A stretch of DNA of 64,000 nucleotides from Octopus bimaculoides. Lineage: Eukaryota. The stretch spans positions 7,373,051-7,437,050 of the forward strand of contig NC_068986.1 in the NCBI RefSeq assembly GCF_001194135.2, written 5' to 3'. Made by a program: the position numbers and the translations under genes. The notes beneath the pieces were generated by a model. It did no database searches, had not been told where the DNA came from, and worked only from the letters and a program-made list of their open reading frames with translations. The number at the start of each line of letters is the position of its first letter. Positions within the stretch are counted from its first letter, which is position 1. Below, piece by piece: positions 1 through 11,838 of this stretch.

Positions 1-222
1 TAAAAATTTTGTTTAGATTTCCTGCACTGAACAGTACATTGATATATAATTAATTTATTTAATTCAATCATGAATGTGAATTATTTTTATATCTCTGTAC
101 GAAACGATCGTCTGCATGAATTAAAATTCTCTTATATATTTTAACAACTTGTCTTCTCCATTTTTAACTAAATTGTTGAGTTTTATGGGATTTATTTCTA
201 TAAATTCACATCACATCATATA

Positions 223-610
223 TCTCTCTTTACTCTTTTACTTGTTTCAGACATTTAACTGCGGCCATGCTGGAGCATCGCCTTTAGTCGAGCAAATCGA
301 CCCAGGACATTCTTTGTAAGCCTAGTACTTATTCTATCGTCTCTTTTGCCGAGCCGCTAAGTTTTGGGGACGTAAGCACACCAGCATCGGTTGTCAAGCG
401 ATGTTGGGGGACAAATACAGACACACAAACACACATATACATATACACACCGGGCTTCTTTCAGTTTCCGTCTACCAAATCCACTCACAAGGCTTTGGTT
501 GGTCTGAGGCTATAGTAGAAGACACTTGCCCAAGGTGTCACGCAATGGGGCTGAACCCAGAACCATGTGGTTGGTAAGCAGGCTACTTACCACACAGCCA
601 CTCCTGCGCC
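223..610 (-). mobile_element. tRNA-derived SINE, family A (CORE-like), full length
   Basis: Minus strand reads GGCGCAGGAGTGGCTGTGTGGTAAG (A-box-like), GGTTCAGCCCC (B-box-like), CCTTGGGCAAGTGTCTT (CORE/MIR-like) and ends in an (AGAGTAA)-type tail. Further copies at 4950, 13624, 15451 and 33159. Confidence 0.9.
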
Positions 611-669
611 ACACACACATATATATATATATGGTGGTAAATAACTTTATGTAATATACTGGTCTCATA

Positions 670-872
670 TTTTAGCACAAGGCCAGCAATTTTGGGTAGC
701 GTGTAGGTCGATTATAACAACCCCCGTGCGCAATTGGTCCTTATTTTATCAACACTAAAATGATGAAATACAAAGTCGACACCGGCGGCTTTGAGCTGGG
801 AACGTAAAGTCGGATGGAATGTTGTTAAGTATTTTGTCCGGCGCGGCAATGATTCTGCCAGCTCGCTGCCTT
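670..872 (-). mobile_element. tRNA-derived SINE, family B
   Basis: Same consensus as copies at 1479-2110, 18005-18208 and 21087-21410: minus-strand head AAGGCRGCGAGCTGGCAGAA, B-box-like GAGTTCAAATTCC in the better copies, then GGTCGACTTT..TTTCATCC...GGTCGATAAA..AAGTACCAG. Confidence 0.85.
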
Positions 873-1076
873 AATATAAATAAAACTCTGCCTCTTATTT
901 TATATATTAAATAGAGAAACACCCAGTTACGTGTACATTTATACCAAGGTGACATTACCGCTGGGCTTGTCTCGTTCAGTCTTAAATATAAGTAAATTCT
1001 AAATATTTGTAGTTATGTGTTCACAAACTTCTGGCATTTATGGTTAATTTAAAATGCTTCATCGCAGCTGCTATCC

Positions 1077-1112
1077 TTTCTCATACAGAATTTAAGAACT
1101 GTATCTCATCAG
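1077..1112 (-). ncRNA. Degenerate hammerhead ribozyme-like core
   Basis: Minus strand: CTGATGA-G-ATACAG-ttcttaaatt-CTGTAT-GA-GAAA. Stem II has 6 perfect bp; stems I and III are not recoverable. Confidence 0.4.
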
Positions 1113-1478
1113 ATGTCATTAAGTCTCATTCATCTTTTGCGGTCTTCATTTCAAATTCCACATTCTCGTCTCTTCACGTTTCAGTTGTCGAAGTAGATTT
1201 CGATTGTGCTGTTGGATATAGGCATTGTTCTAAGTAACGTTTGAATGTCATGAATTGTAATAAAGAAATACTTGTTGTAATTGCTCGCGTTTCTTTGTTG
1301 TTGCTGAATTGCTATCTTATAGTTGTTATTTCAGTTTGAAATTTGTGGTTGCATCAGATTATCAAGGATATCTGTTGTTGTTGTTGCTGATTAAGAGAGG
1401 AGGATGTGATTACAAAATTTGGTTGTTTTCCTGCAGATCGAGTGACTGTGTTGTAGGAGTTTGATAGAAATTAGAAAC

Positions 1479-2110
1479 AATAATACTTTCTACTATAGAC
1501 ACAAAGCTTGAAATTTCGGGGAAGGGGACCAGTCGATTACAATGACCGCAGTGCTCGACTGGTGCATATCTCATTGACCCCAACAGGATGAAAAGTAAAG
1601 TCGACCTTATTTGAACTTAGAACGTAAAGACGGACGAAATGCCGATCAGCATTTTGTCCGGTGTGCTGACAATTCTGCCAACATACTAGGAATAATAATC
1701 TTTTCTACTATAAGCAAAAGGCCGGAAATTTGGAGAGAGTGGGGATAGTTGATTACATCGACCCAGTGCACAACTGGTACTTATTTTATCGAATCCGAAA
1801 GGATGTAACACAGAGTCAACCTCGGCGGAATTTGAACTCAAAACGCAGCATTTCGCCCGGCGTGCTGATAATTCTGCCAGCTCGCCACCTCAATAATAAT
1901 TTCAAATTTTGCAACAAGGGCAGTAATTTTCGGGAGGAGAGGATGAGCCGATTACAACACTGGTGTTCAACTGGTACTTATTTTATCGACCCCGAAAGAA
2001 TGAAAGGCAAAGTCGACTTCGGCGGAGTTTGAACTCAGAACGTAACGATAGACGAAATATCGCTAAGCCTTTCGCTCGACGTACTGACGATCCTGCCAGC
2101 TCACCGCCTT
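1479..2110 (-). mobile_element. Three head-to-tail SINE family B copies
   Basis: Three ~200-bp units (about 1479-1685, 1691-1891, 1892-2110), each starting with AATAATAAT-like sequence on the plus strand and sharing GATTACA..GACC..CTGGT.C.TAT...AAAGTCGAC...TTTGAACT..GAACGTAA. Confidence 0.88.
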
Positions 2111-2324
2111 AATTATAATAATAAGAGCGCTAGCCTTGACAGCAGTGGGACGTGTTCTTCGCTGCTCTGGCCAATCGGCAGCCGAAGACACAGAAACACT
2201 AATACAACACAGCAGAACAACTGAAAAAAAAAAACAACAAAAAACGAAAGCACTATAAAACCGGCATATCTACAATTTCCTGTGAGTATTTTAAATTTCC
2301 TTGAAAATAAGTTTAAAAACTTGC

Positions 2325-2610
2325 ATATCTATAGTTTTCTCTGGCCGAACACACAATCGTCTTTAAAAATCTTGAAACTTTAATATCTACAACTTTCTGT
2401 GAATATCTATCCTTTCCTTTCTCCCTGAGTATTCGAAAACGTGTACATCTTTTATTGCAAGAACACTACAATTTTCTCTGGTCGGATACACAAACGATCA
2501 TCTTTAGAAAATTCAAAAAATTTAATAACTACAATTTTCTGTGAAACTTTTACTCTTTTCTCTTTGACTATTCGAATATGTAAACAACTTTTATTGCAAC
2601 AACTCTATCA
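2325..2610. repeat. Diverged ~140-bp tandem dimer
   Basis: TTTTCTCTGG.CG.A.ACACAA...TCTTTA.AAA...CTACAA.TTTCTGTGAA...TATTCGAA.A.GT...CTTTTATTGCAA occurs twice in tandem. Confidence 0.6.
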
Positions 2611-2800
2611 AACGCACGATAAAACCAAGGAGATAAGCAACTGCCAATGTATGTCGTCTGATCAATCAGTATCCAAACTGTTGCCATAGTAATGAAGCTA
2701 AAGCACGGAGAGTAAAGCCGATTAGCCCAAATTGACCTTAAATTTTCTTCTGTGAATGCGCGCTAAGTTTTAACGTTCTAGATCACATCCACTGTTTACA

Positions 2801-3371
2801 GCAGTGCTTGGAAGGAAGGTGTGTAGCGTCTGATCGTCACATTCACCATGACAGAGAAAGCTGAGCAGAGAATCTGCATAAAATTTTGTCAACAGCTTAG
2901 CAATACCTGCTCAGAGGTCTTCGGAAAGTTTTCATCGTTCTCCAAATAATCAAGGAGATCTTGTGTAACTGAAACCTGAGGGTCATTTTGGTCAGCTGAA
3001 AGCAGTTGTGACCCAAACTTGGCAGTTACGCATTTCATACCCAAATCTTCAGTGATAACGGACTGAACTGAACCATAACTAATCTGCACATCTGATAGCT
3101 CACGGATGGTGATGTGACGATTTCCCCTCACAGCTGCGATATTTTTCTCAGTTCTGCTGGTTTTTGGTCTCCCGGAACGTTCGTCAATATCGAAATGCTT
3201 TCGTCCATCTTGGAGACGTCTGAACCACTCGTACACTTGTGTACGACTCATACACTCCTGTCCATACACTTTCTGCAACACTGCATAAGCCTCTGAACAG
3301 GTATCACCATGACAACTTTGTCATGGTCAGTGCGATGATCACACACTACACACCTTCCTTCTAAGCACTGC
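2801..3371. mobile_element. Mariner/Tc1 transposase relic with two 5' ends facing inward
   Basis: Minus ORF 2889-3281 (QKVYGQECMSRTQVYEWFRRLQDGR..DERSGRPKTS..ITIRELSD..SYGSVQSVITEDLGMK) is the mariner N-terminal HTH. Plus strand 2848-2917 encodes MTEKAEQRICIKFCQQLSNTCSE. 2801-2855 is an inverted repeat of about 3318-3371. Confidence 0.85.
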
Positions 3372-3564
3372 AAAACCTATATCGGTATATGTATTATTTT
3401 TTTTTATCAGTAATTAAAAACAGAAAAGGTGAGTTGGTCCTTTCCAAGGCCAACTTCAGCTCTCTCATTGATCGCTAGTAATAGTAAACACATTTGACTT
3501 CTGACTGCAAGGGTGTTACGCTTCTTTTATTTCCTGATTGGACAGAAATACGAAGCTCCACCAT

Positions 3565-3569
<5 letters not shown>

Positions 3570-3597
<28 letters not shown>
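3570..3597. repeat. (CTA)n microsatellite at the 5' junction of an R4-clade LINE
   Basis: About 9 CTA units directly before the LINE homology begins. Confidence 0.95.
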
Positions 3598-4411
3598 ATA
3601 TGACGTGACAGGGATGGAATTCGGCATCTCGAAGTGTGCAGTACTCACTGTGAAACGGGGGAAAGGGCAGATTATAGGGACATAGAATTGCTAAACGGAG
3701 AGAATGGAAGACCGGGATGATGATGGGTACAAGTACCTTGGGATCATGGAGCTGGACAGTATCTTCCACAGAAAAATGAAAGACAAGGTCATCACTGCAT
3801 ATTCGAAGCGCCTCGAACTTCTCTTGAACTCAAAACTCAACTCAAGGAATCTTGTGACTGCCATAAACTATGGGCTGTTGCTGTAGTCTGCTATAGTGCA
3901 CCCATCCTGAAATGGGACACAAGCGGAGATTAAACAACTCGACCTCACTACCCGAAAGACAATGACAATGAATGGTGCCCTCCACCTTAAGGCGAATGTA
4001 CACAGGCTCTACATGAAGTAGAGTGAAAGCGTACGTGGGCTGATTAGTGTACAGGAGTGCATCAACAGTGAAAGAAGAAACCTGGCAGAATATTTGGTAA
4101 ACAGCAAAGAAGACCTCCTACAGTATGCTGTTAATGCAGAGGGATTTACCAAAAGTGGACTTGAGAATGCTCATGAATTCCAACCACGAACAGCCAACGA
4201 GAGAGAAGAAACCCTACTCCGCATGGAATTACATGGTCAGTTCCACCGTGAAACTAAAGACCAGAAAGCATCATGGAGGTCGCTCAGCAAGAGTGACAAG
4301 AATACTGACAGCTTAATCATCGCTGCCCATGATCAGGCATTGAATACCAACTCAGTGAGAAGAGATATATACCACACAAGTGCAACGAATCTCTGCAGAA
4401 TGTGTGTATAG
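3598..4411 (+). mobile_element. R4/Dong/Rex6-clade non-LTR retrotransposon fragment (RT C-terminus to CCHC), frameshifted
   Basis: GMEFGISKCA..KRGK; YKYLGIMELD; LNSRNLVTAIN; TRKTMTMNGALH.KANVHRLY; LHGQF; SLIIAAHDQALNT; CRMC. These are typical R4-clade motifs. Confidence 0.88.
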
Positions 4412-4949
4412 ACGTTTAGTTGAAGTGTGCGTGGTAGTATTGAGAGCAAATATAATGGGAAGAGGAGGAGAATTGTCGTAAGTAGATAGGAGAAAGGTGA
4501 AGAATGGGAGCTCTGTCAGTATATACTGCGAGTAATTTAGTTGTGTAAGCGTTAACTGTCAGTATTTTGGAGTAAGTCACCCATGATGACAGGAATTGAC
4601 TTGCTTATCAGTTATATTCGTTTAAAGTAACATATGTGTAAAACACGCAAATAGAAAGAAACCTAAGATTTTGGGAGCAAAGATACCAATGAAAATCGGT
4701 TATGGCGGTAGGTTACATTTTCGACAAGTTTGTGGATTAAAAATGTTAAAGTGAACTATAAGTTTAGTGTCTGCAAAAAGTGATGAGTTTTGAGTTTCTA
4801 TTTCGTTAGATTTCGGTAAAAATCACACCTTGTACTTTTCTAACATACAAACTTGGTACTTTAAAAAAAATATATTTTGTTTAGTAGGTTTGGCATTTGT
4901 AGAATCTTCTACGAAATGTTAAAATTACTTCATCCGGAAGATGAACGTA

Positions 4950-5334
4950 TCTTTTTGTCTTTTACTTGCTTCAGACATTAGTCTTCGGCCATGCTGGAGC
5001 ACTGCATTGAAAAATTTAGTCGAATGAATCAATCCTAGTACTTAGGTTTTTGAGCCAGGTACTTACTCTATCGGCCTCTGTCGAATTGTTTAAGTTACAG
5101 GGACGTAAACAAACCTACATCGGCTGTCAAGTGATGATGGGACAAATACAGACACGAAAGACATCTATATACCGCAGGCTTCTTTTAGTTTCCGATTACC
5201 GGATCCATTCACAAAGCTTTGGTGGGCCCGAGGCTAAAATGGAAGACACTTGCGCAAGGTGTCACGCGGTGGGACCGGATCCGGAACTATGTGGTTGGGA
5301 AGCAAACTTCCTACTACACAGCCATACATGCACC
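4950..5334 (-). mobile_element. SINE family A, diverged full-length copy
   Basis: Colinear with 223-610 (CGGCCATGCTGGAGC, GGACGTAAAC, GAAGACACTTGC.CAAGGTGTCACGC, CTACACAGCCA). Confidence 0.88.
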
Positions 5335-5623
5335 TTTAAAGACCTAGAAACATTGATGAGGGATTTGGGGACTTTATTGATGCAATTCAGCTTCAATGAT
5401 ATGAAAGAATGAAGATAAAGGTAAACGTAAAACATAGTGTATTGAATACACGTCTGAAGAACTCGCTTTTTGCACATTTATGCGCGCGCACACTCACAAA
5501 TATTTACACACACACACACACACATATACATACACGGCTTCTCTTGGTTCTTCTTTGTTTTCCATTGGTTGATTGTCTAAAATACAGGCGATTTGTTCGG
5601 CTAAACCCTTTAAGGTAACACCT

Positions 5624-5662
5624 CAGCATGGCCGCAGTCCAATGACTGAAACGAGTAAAAGA
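5624..5662 (+). mobile_element. SINE family A 3' tail fragment
   Basis: CAGCATGGCCGCAGTCCAATGACTGAAACGAGTAAAAGA matches the tail of the 13624-14010 copy. Confidence 0.75.
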
Positions 5663-7190
5663 TTATATAAATCTGTTTTCAGAGAATATATTCGAAAGTG
5701 GTGTTAGATATTTCTAGAATTATTTTCTCTAAATATGCTGAATCACTTTATTCCAATATTTTAACGAGGAGAACGCTTAGCAATCACATTTATGAAATTC
5801 TTATTACATTTATAAACGCCACGATAAATATATAAAACTTACTTCAATATAAATTGAACAGTTAATGCAACAAATTTAAGATATTATTGCAATTTCCTAT
5901 TCTGTCAACGTTGATTCTTGAGTCTATGAAACTAATAAAAACATTATTAAATAGAGAAATTAATATCAGAGCTCTCACTTGCAGTAAATTAGTATGAAAG
6001 TCCAGTTTTATTTGATCTGAATTTTCAAAGCAAATGTTTTTATAATAATTGAGAAATAAATAGGATACGATACACAAAAGGAGAAACACTAATTTAGCTA
6101 TAACATTGTAGCTAATGCTGTTTTATTATAGCTTGGATAAGTAGACACAAAGTTTAGTATTGTTTTGAATCATTATGCTACGTTCATACACCTGTTGTAA
6201 AATACACAACTTGTAGTAGATTTAAAATATCAAATAAAAGCGAAATAAAATGGCTAATTTGGTTTGTAGATATCGTTGTACTTTTCGTTGGTTCATTACC
6301 AGTCAGTAAGTGACAAGCCAGCAAAATCGTACAATATACCAGTAACTAAACATGTATTCCAGAAAGTCATCATTTCATTGTATGTAGTAGCAGAAAGACC
6401 GCCCTCCCGGGCGGGTTTCTGCTACCCTCTTGATATTATTTTCGCATTTGATTCCCAATTCTAATAATTTTTATATTTTACGTCTAATTATTTCTTTGTA
6501 TAATAGTGATCACTTGCTTAGTAAATATTGCTTTCATTATTTTATCACGGTCATAATCTCTCTCTCTTTTAAACAAATGTCACGGTAGTCCAACAACAGA
6601 GGGAGACGCAATTTAAGTTTTACCTTCCCCTCAAAGCAACATAGAGATTACAATTCAGCAGCCCATCTATAAACTTTGCATTGTGTTTGTGTGAGAGAGA
6701 GCGAGAGAGAGTGCATTTCAAACAGTGAATGAAATAAACACGAAATGAAAAAATCGTATAAATAAAAGGGCATTATTATAGATGTATACGCCCCCAACTT
6801 TGTTGCCTCATAAGATCCAGAAAAATGGATACTTTTTAACAAAATTTTCTACAAATACCGCTTAGATATTGTGGCTTTAGAGTATATAGGGATTTATGGG
6901 AAAGAATGTTTCCGAGGGGATGGAGAGGAGTTTTGGAAAATTCACGCAATCTGACTTTTTCCTTCATAACTTTCAGGAAAATGGATATCTTTTAATGGAA
7001 GTTTATACAAATCCCTTTCAAACGGCATAGATTACAATTTTAAAGAAATTCGTGGAGGAAATGTTTTCGGGAATTTTCCCTAATTTTTTTTTTAAACAAT
7101 AGCCTTCGAAATGGGGTTGGTGGGAGGGGGCATCTTCGTACAGAAAAAATTTCGAAAATTGTTTTACAACCCCCTTCCTCATCATCCTAC

Positions 7191-7850
7191 TTCGGACCTA
7201 TTTTGGCCATTTTTTTTTGCTCTTCAAAACCATGGGAAGNNNNNNNNNNNNNNNNNNNNNNNNNNNNNNNNNNNNNNNNNNNNNNNNNNNNNNNNNNNNN
7301 NNNNNNNNNNNNNNNNNNNNNNNNNNNNNNNNNNNNNNNNNNNNNNNNNNNNNNNNNNNNNNNNNNNNNNNNNNNCCATTCAAGAACACACAAAACAGTT
7401 TCACTTCAACATTTAAATTTCATTTGTGTCAAAAATATTTTCGTCGCTTTGAAACCGCGAGCTGTTCACTGACAAAACTTTAGAAAATGATGTAGCACGA
7501 AGCTTTTTCAGTGAACAGGTCACGGTTTCAAAGCACGGTGGGGCTAAACATTTAGATTATAATATATTTTGTTGTTTTTCTTCCACCAATGGACCACGCG
7601 TGTGTTACTTCAGCATCACCATTCCATAAAATGTGTTTAATGAGAGAAAAATATTGAAAAAACATCAATACATGTGAGAGTGAAAAGGTAGGGTGGTTTG
7701 GGCTGTGCTAGAAACAACAGCGAAACCTCCCTTGAATTGTTCACCATTTCTTTTGAAAATATTTGCAATTTGTGTTTTTTTTTATTTTACCGAAAAGGAT
7801 CTTCCAGTGGTTTCTAAGTTAAAAAGGAAAATGGCCAAAATCGGTCCGGA
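7191..7850. mobile_element. Palindromic (foldback/MITE-like) element with nested inverted repeats; contains an assembly gap
   Basis: Outer IR 7191-7239 vs 7801-7850. Inner IR 7446-7480 vs 7500-7534 (31/35 matches, 19-nt spacer). Confidence 0.65.
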
Positions 7851-8165
7851 TAGTTATTATTGTAACAGCCATTACAAAATCACTTAAATATTTTTACAAA
7901 AATTATACGGGTATAATGGAATGAATATTTAAATATGCGAGAAATTGGAGTTAAAAAATTCAATAAACTTGATAAATCGAAATTATAGGATTCTTCTTAG
8001 AACATGAGTTTGTAGATTGGTCTTCGATAAGGTAAGTTGCAATTGCTGTTATTTTGCTGTTGATTGTTTTAGTGTTCTTTGAACACCCTGTGAATTGTTT
8101 TGCTGCCTCACGGCAGATTGTTTACGCTTCCATTCCTCATAGAGAGGGTCGGCCTATTAAATACG

Positions 8166-9290
8166 ATGTCGAACGAAGGCTTAAGCTACTCGGAGCTGTC
8201 GTCATCGGAAGAAGAATTACTACGTACTATTGTGAAAATGGATGAGCAAATAGGAAAAAAGAGGAGGAACTTAGCTGAAGTCACGAAGTGTCAAAATGAC
8301 GAACTCAATCTTGAAAAATTAGAAAATTATAAAAAGATATTGAGTTGTGAAGGATATAACGTTAAATTATCCCCCCCTCCCACAAGAAATAGTAAATGAC
8401 AAAAAGGAGCGTACGATAGTGTACAAGACTTATTCAGTGGAAACAGGAAAAGTGGACATAATATCGACGACGTAGAGAGAAAGCACTGAGGCCAATCTGG
8501 CAAGAGATTACGTATCTTGCCAGAGGTGCCAAATACGGAACGATAGAGATGCGTTTTAGAGAGGTAGTGATAGCAAGGAAGCATTCAGCAACACCGGAAG
8601 TCGATGTGGCCTAGATAGCAGCCACTGTCTTACTCGGAAACAAAGAAAAGATAGCGGTTCTCCAGGTCACGAAAACTGAAAGCAGACACTGGAAAAGTCA
8701 GACCCTGTATATGATTATCCAGGGGTCGACAGAAACTATCGAGAACCTAACGGAAACGGTTACATTGGATGATTTAATAATGAGGGTCAGAGTGAAGGGC
8801 AGGATCCCTCGATGTTTTAAGTGTGACCTGAAAGGTCACATTAGAGCGGACTGCACTTCGTCGCCCAAAAAGCCAGACGAAAAACCCCAGGAAGAACAAA
8901 TGAGCGAGGAAGAGGCAGTACCACCAACAACGGAGGAAAAAGAAATGAAACGGATAATGAATGGGAGATGACGGGGAAAAAGAAAAAAAGCAAGTCAAAT
9001 GGATGCAGACTTCCACCCCACAACCACCAACTCCCACCCACATCCTCTTCGTCCTCCCTACATACACCAAACCTCTCCACTCCCCTCTGACAAAAAAAAA
9101 ATCACATTCATACAAAAACCCCCCAAACTTTCCCGCCTCCGGCAAAAGGAAAAACAGCAATTACGCACTCATGTATGATGATTCGAACAACGAACTTTAT
9201 GAAGAGATACAAACATGGCCAGATTTAATGGTAGCAGACACAAACGGATGTGACAATATTGAAAGACGGCATTACAAAGAGCAAGAATAA
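8166..9290 (+). pseudogene. Disrupted gag/ORF1-like protein with a CCHC zinc knuckle (probable retroelement ORF1)
   Basis: ORF pieces 8166-8399, 8711-8971 and 8961-9290. Knuckle CFKCDLKGHIRADC at about 8813-8854, coiled-coil-like N-terminus, K/E/P-rich C-terminus. No ORF2 follows. Confidence 0.7.
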
Positions 9291-10937
9291 TGAAATATAA
9301 ATACGGATACAAATACTGGAAGGTGGATGTGAAAGGTCAGCATCTCCGTTGAGTTTCATATCTACTAAAAGGAAATATGTTCCTATTGCGTCAGGTGCAC
9401 ATTTTCAGAAGTTAAACTACCCCAGAACTTTTGTAATCTACCCAGGATGACGTTGAATAAATTATTGTAACTTCCGTTCCACGATAAACTTGATATCTTT
9501 ATAGGCTAACTGAAAGAAATTTTCTTCAAAGTTTCTCTAGCCAAATAAGTTTACAAATAATTGAATAACATTCTGTTTCAATCCAAGTGCCCTCATAGGT
9601 TTTAAAATCTGTTATGTCGAAGTGGGCTGTTTTGGATAATTTCCAGTTCCTTTATAAGTCGGTTCGTACAGAAATTCTCATACTTTATCGGAATGACCTT
9701 CATGGAGTATTGAAATGATTTGTGCTGTACAAAATATTCAATTTATTGTGAAATACTCCATACTAATTTAATCCAACTTCCGCTAAAAACGAAGACAAAA
9801 CTTTGAGAAGAATATGACGGGAACACAACGTCAGAGCATTACATATGTATCGTTTACTCCGAGTACTTCAGAATGCAGTTATTAAATCTCTACATATAGG
9901 AAAAGACATCCGTTGCACTTAGGGGAGCTGCTAATCTCAGATGGAACGATTTCAACATATTCAAATCAAATTTCCGAGGATACGAGATCTGTATCACAAA
10001 GCTTCGTATTGTGTGAGGGAGAGGGCCTCCATGTATTATAGCAGAATCGTGCAAGTATGTACGATGGAAACAACGAATTCACTACCAACAGCATATTCCA
10101 ACAAACCATAGTAACAATAACAACTAAAAATGCAACAGCAAATGAAAGAGTTCAAGGAATGAAATATATCAACTTCACATAAAGCAAACGGATTTCTAAG
10201 AGATTTGATTTATTAACCATACTGTAGACTCACTTTGTATTATAGAAATAACAGTATCCAAAACTGAGTTACTTTCAAAATTAATACTTCATATTTCATG
10301 CAGTCTAATAAATCCTAAACAGCTGCGTACAGAGTTTGACAAAGATCATATACACACACACACACACACACAGTCCCCAGAATGATTTCAAAAGTGTTTA
10401 TATTTATATTTCATTTCCAAAATTCAATAACATCTATGGGGAGAATTCTTTTTTTTTTTACGAACGCAGACCCTTACATTAATATGGTAGTGTGGGAATG
10501 CCTCATCATGCTGGAAATAAAACCATTACAAAACACAGTGAATGGCTTGTTTTTAGTCAAAACGTGCCACAAGCATATTTAAACTAGTAATAACATTGCA
10601 TTTATACATATCACTGCTTAGCGTATCTCTTCAAGGTTTGACATGACAGATTGTTGCAGTAAGTTAAAGTACCATCAAACAGAATTCTTTTGATAAGCCA
10701 CATCGTAGTGTAACACCTGGTAAATTGACATGATGGTCTTCCGTAATATGCAGATTCTCATATCCCTAGTAAGTGCAAATATGGCGGTTAACTGAGCCAT
10801 TTAATTTCAATATAGCTTCATCATTCTAAGCAACCTTCTTGTATTTGAGCGATGACCATCTACACATTTTAAGTATCACTCGCGTAACTCTTGATTCCAG
10901 ATTATCTGCGTTTCATATGTCTTAACATTTATGTATT

Positions 10938-11230
10938 TTGTTATATATATTTTATATATGTTATATATATTTTATTGCTTTATATATATTTTCTGTATAT
11001 TATTTTTCTCCCTTTTATAATTGTGTGACTATATACGCGTGTAGTATTTGTATGTATAAGCATATACCAAATGTGTATGTGTGTGCATGTGTACATATGT
11101 ATGTATATATACGAGTGTAAGGCTGTATCCGTTGTACTTGTCTCCTTCCTTCATACATATATGTATGTATATACGTTTGTATATCTTCAAGTGTAGGTGT
11201 GTTTGACAGACAGGAGGGTGCATTTGTGTG

Positions 11231-11275
<45 letters not shown>

Positions 11276-11700
11276 TACATACACACCCCTACACATACAT
11301 ATGTATACTCAAGTTTTGCGGCGAATGTGAATATATTTTTGCGTATGTTTTTATTTGTATAAACGTCTACATATCGACGCGAGGATGATGTTGACTACGT
11401 ATTTATACGTGTGTGTATATTTGTACATATCTATGCATATGCGAGGTTTTGTATATCCACGTATGTATGTGCATGTGCATATAGAGATGTGCACATGAAC
11501 ACAATGATGTGTGCATGGGCACATATACGTGTGTATGCGCGTGTATGCAGATATTTGTGTGTATGTTTACATGTGTATAGATATATATATATATGTGTGT
11601 ATATATGTAGACGTGTGTGTAAGTATGTGTGAAAATATATACACACGTGTGTGCGTATGTGTATGTATGTGTGTACATGTGTGCATATGCAGATTCTATG
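10938..11700. repeat. Cryptic (TA/TG/CA)n low-complexity tract
   Basis: Alternating purine-pyrimidine sequence; explains the Y/I/H/T/C/V-rich ORFs here. Confidence 0.9.
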
Positions 11701-11775
11701 AACGTTGTTTTACTTTCTCCATGCCTATTGGAGTAACTTTCCTTTATTCAACGGATTTTTCATAGCGTTTTTGTC

Positions 11776-11838
11776 TTAATAACTGATGAGATGCCGGAGC
11801 AGACTTCAACCCCGGCATACGAAACTGAGTTTTATTAA
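11776..11838 (+). ncRNA. Type-I hammerhead ribozyme (PLE pLTR-associated)
   Basis: Stem I TTAATAA(11776-82)/TTATTAA(11832-38), 7 bp perfect; core CTGATGA 11783-89; stem II G-ATGCCGG/CCGGCAT-A-C; GAAA 11821-24; stem III AC-TGA-GT; NUH=GUU, predicted cleavage after 11831. Confidence 0.8.

Noticed and set aside
9300-10200. Protein-looking short frames on both strands
   Set aside because: All frames are interrupted within 60 codons and no family motif could be assigned with confidence.
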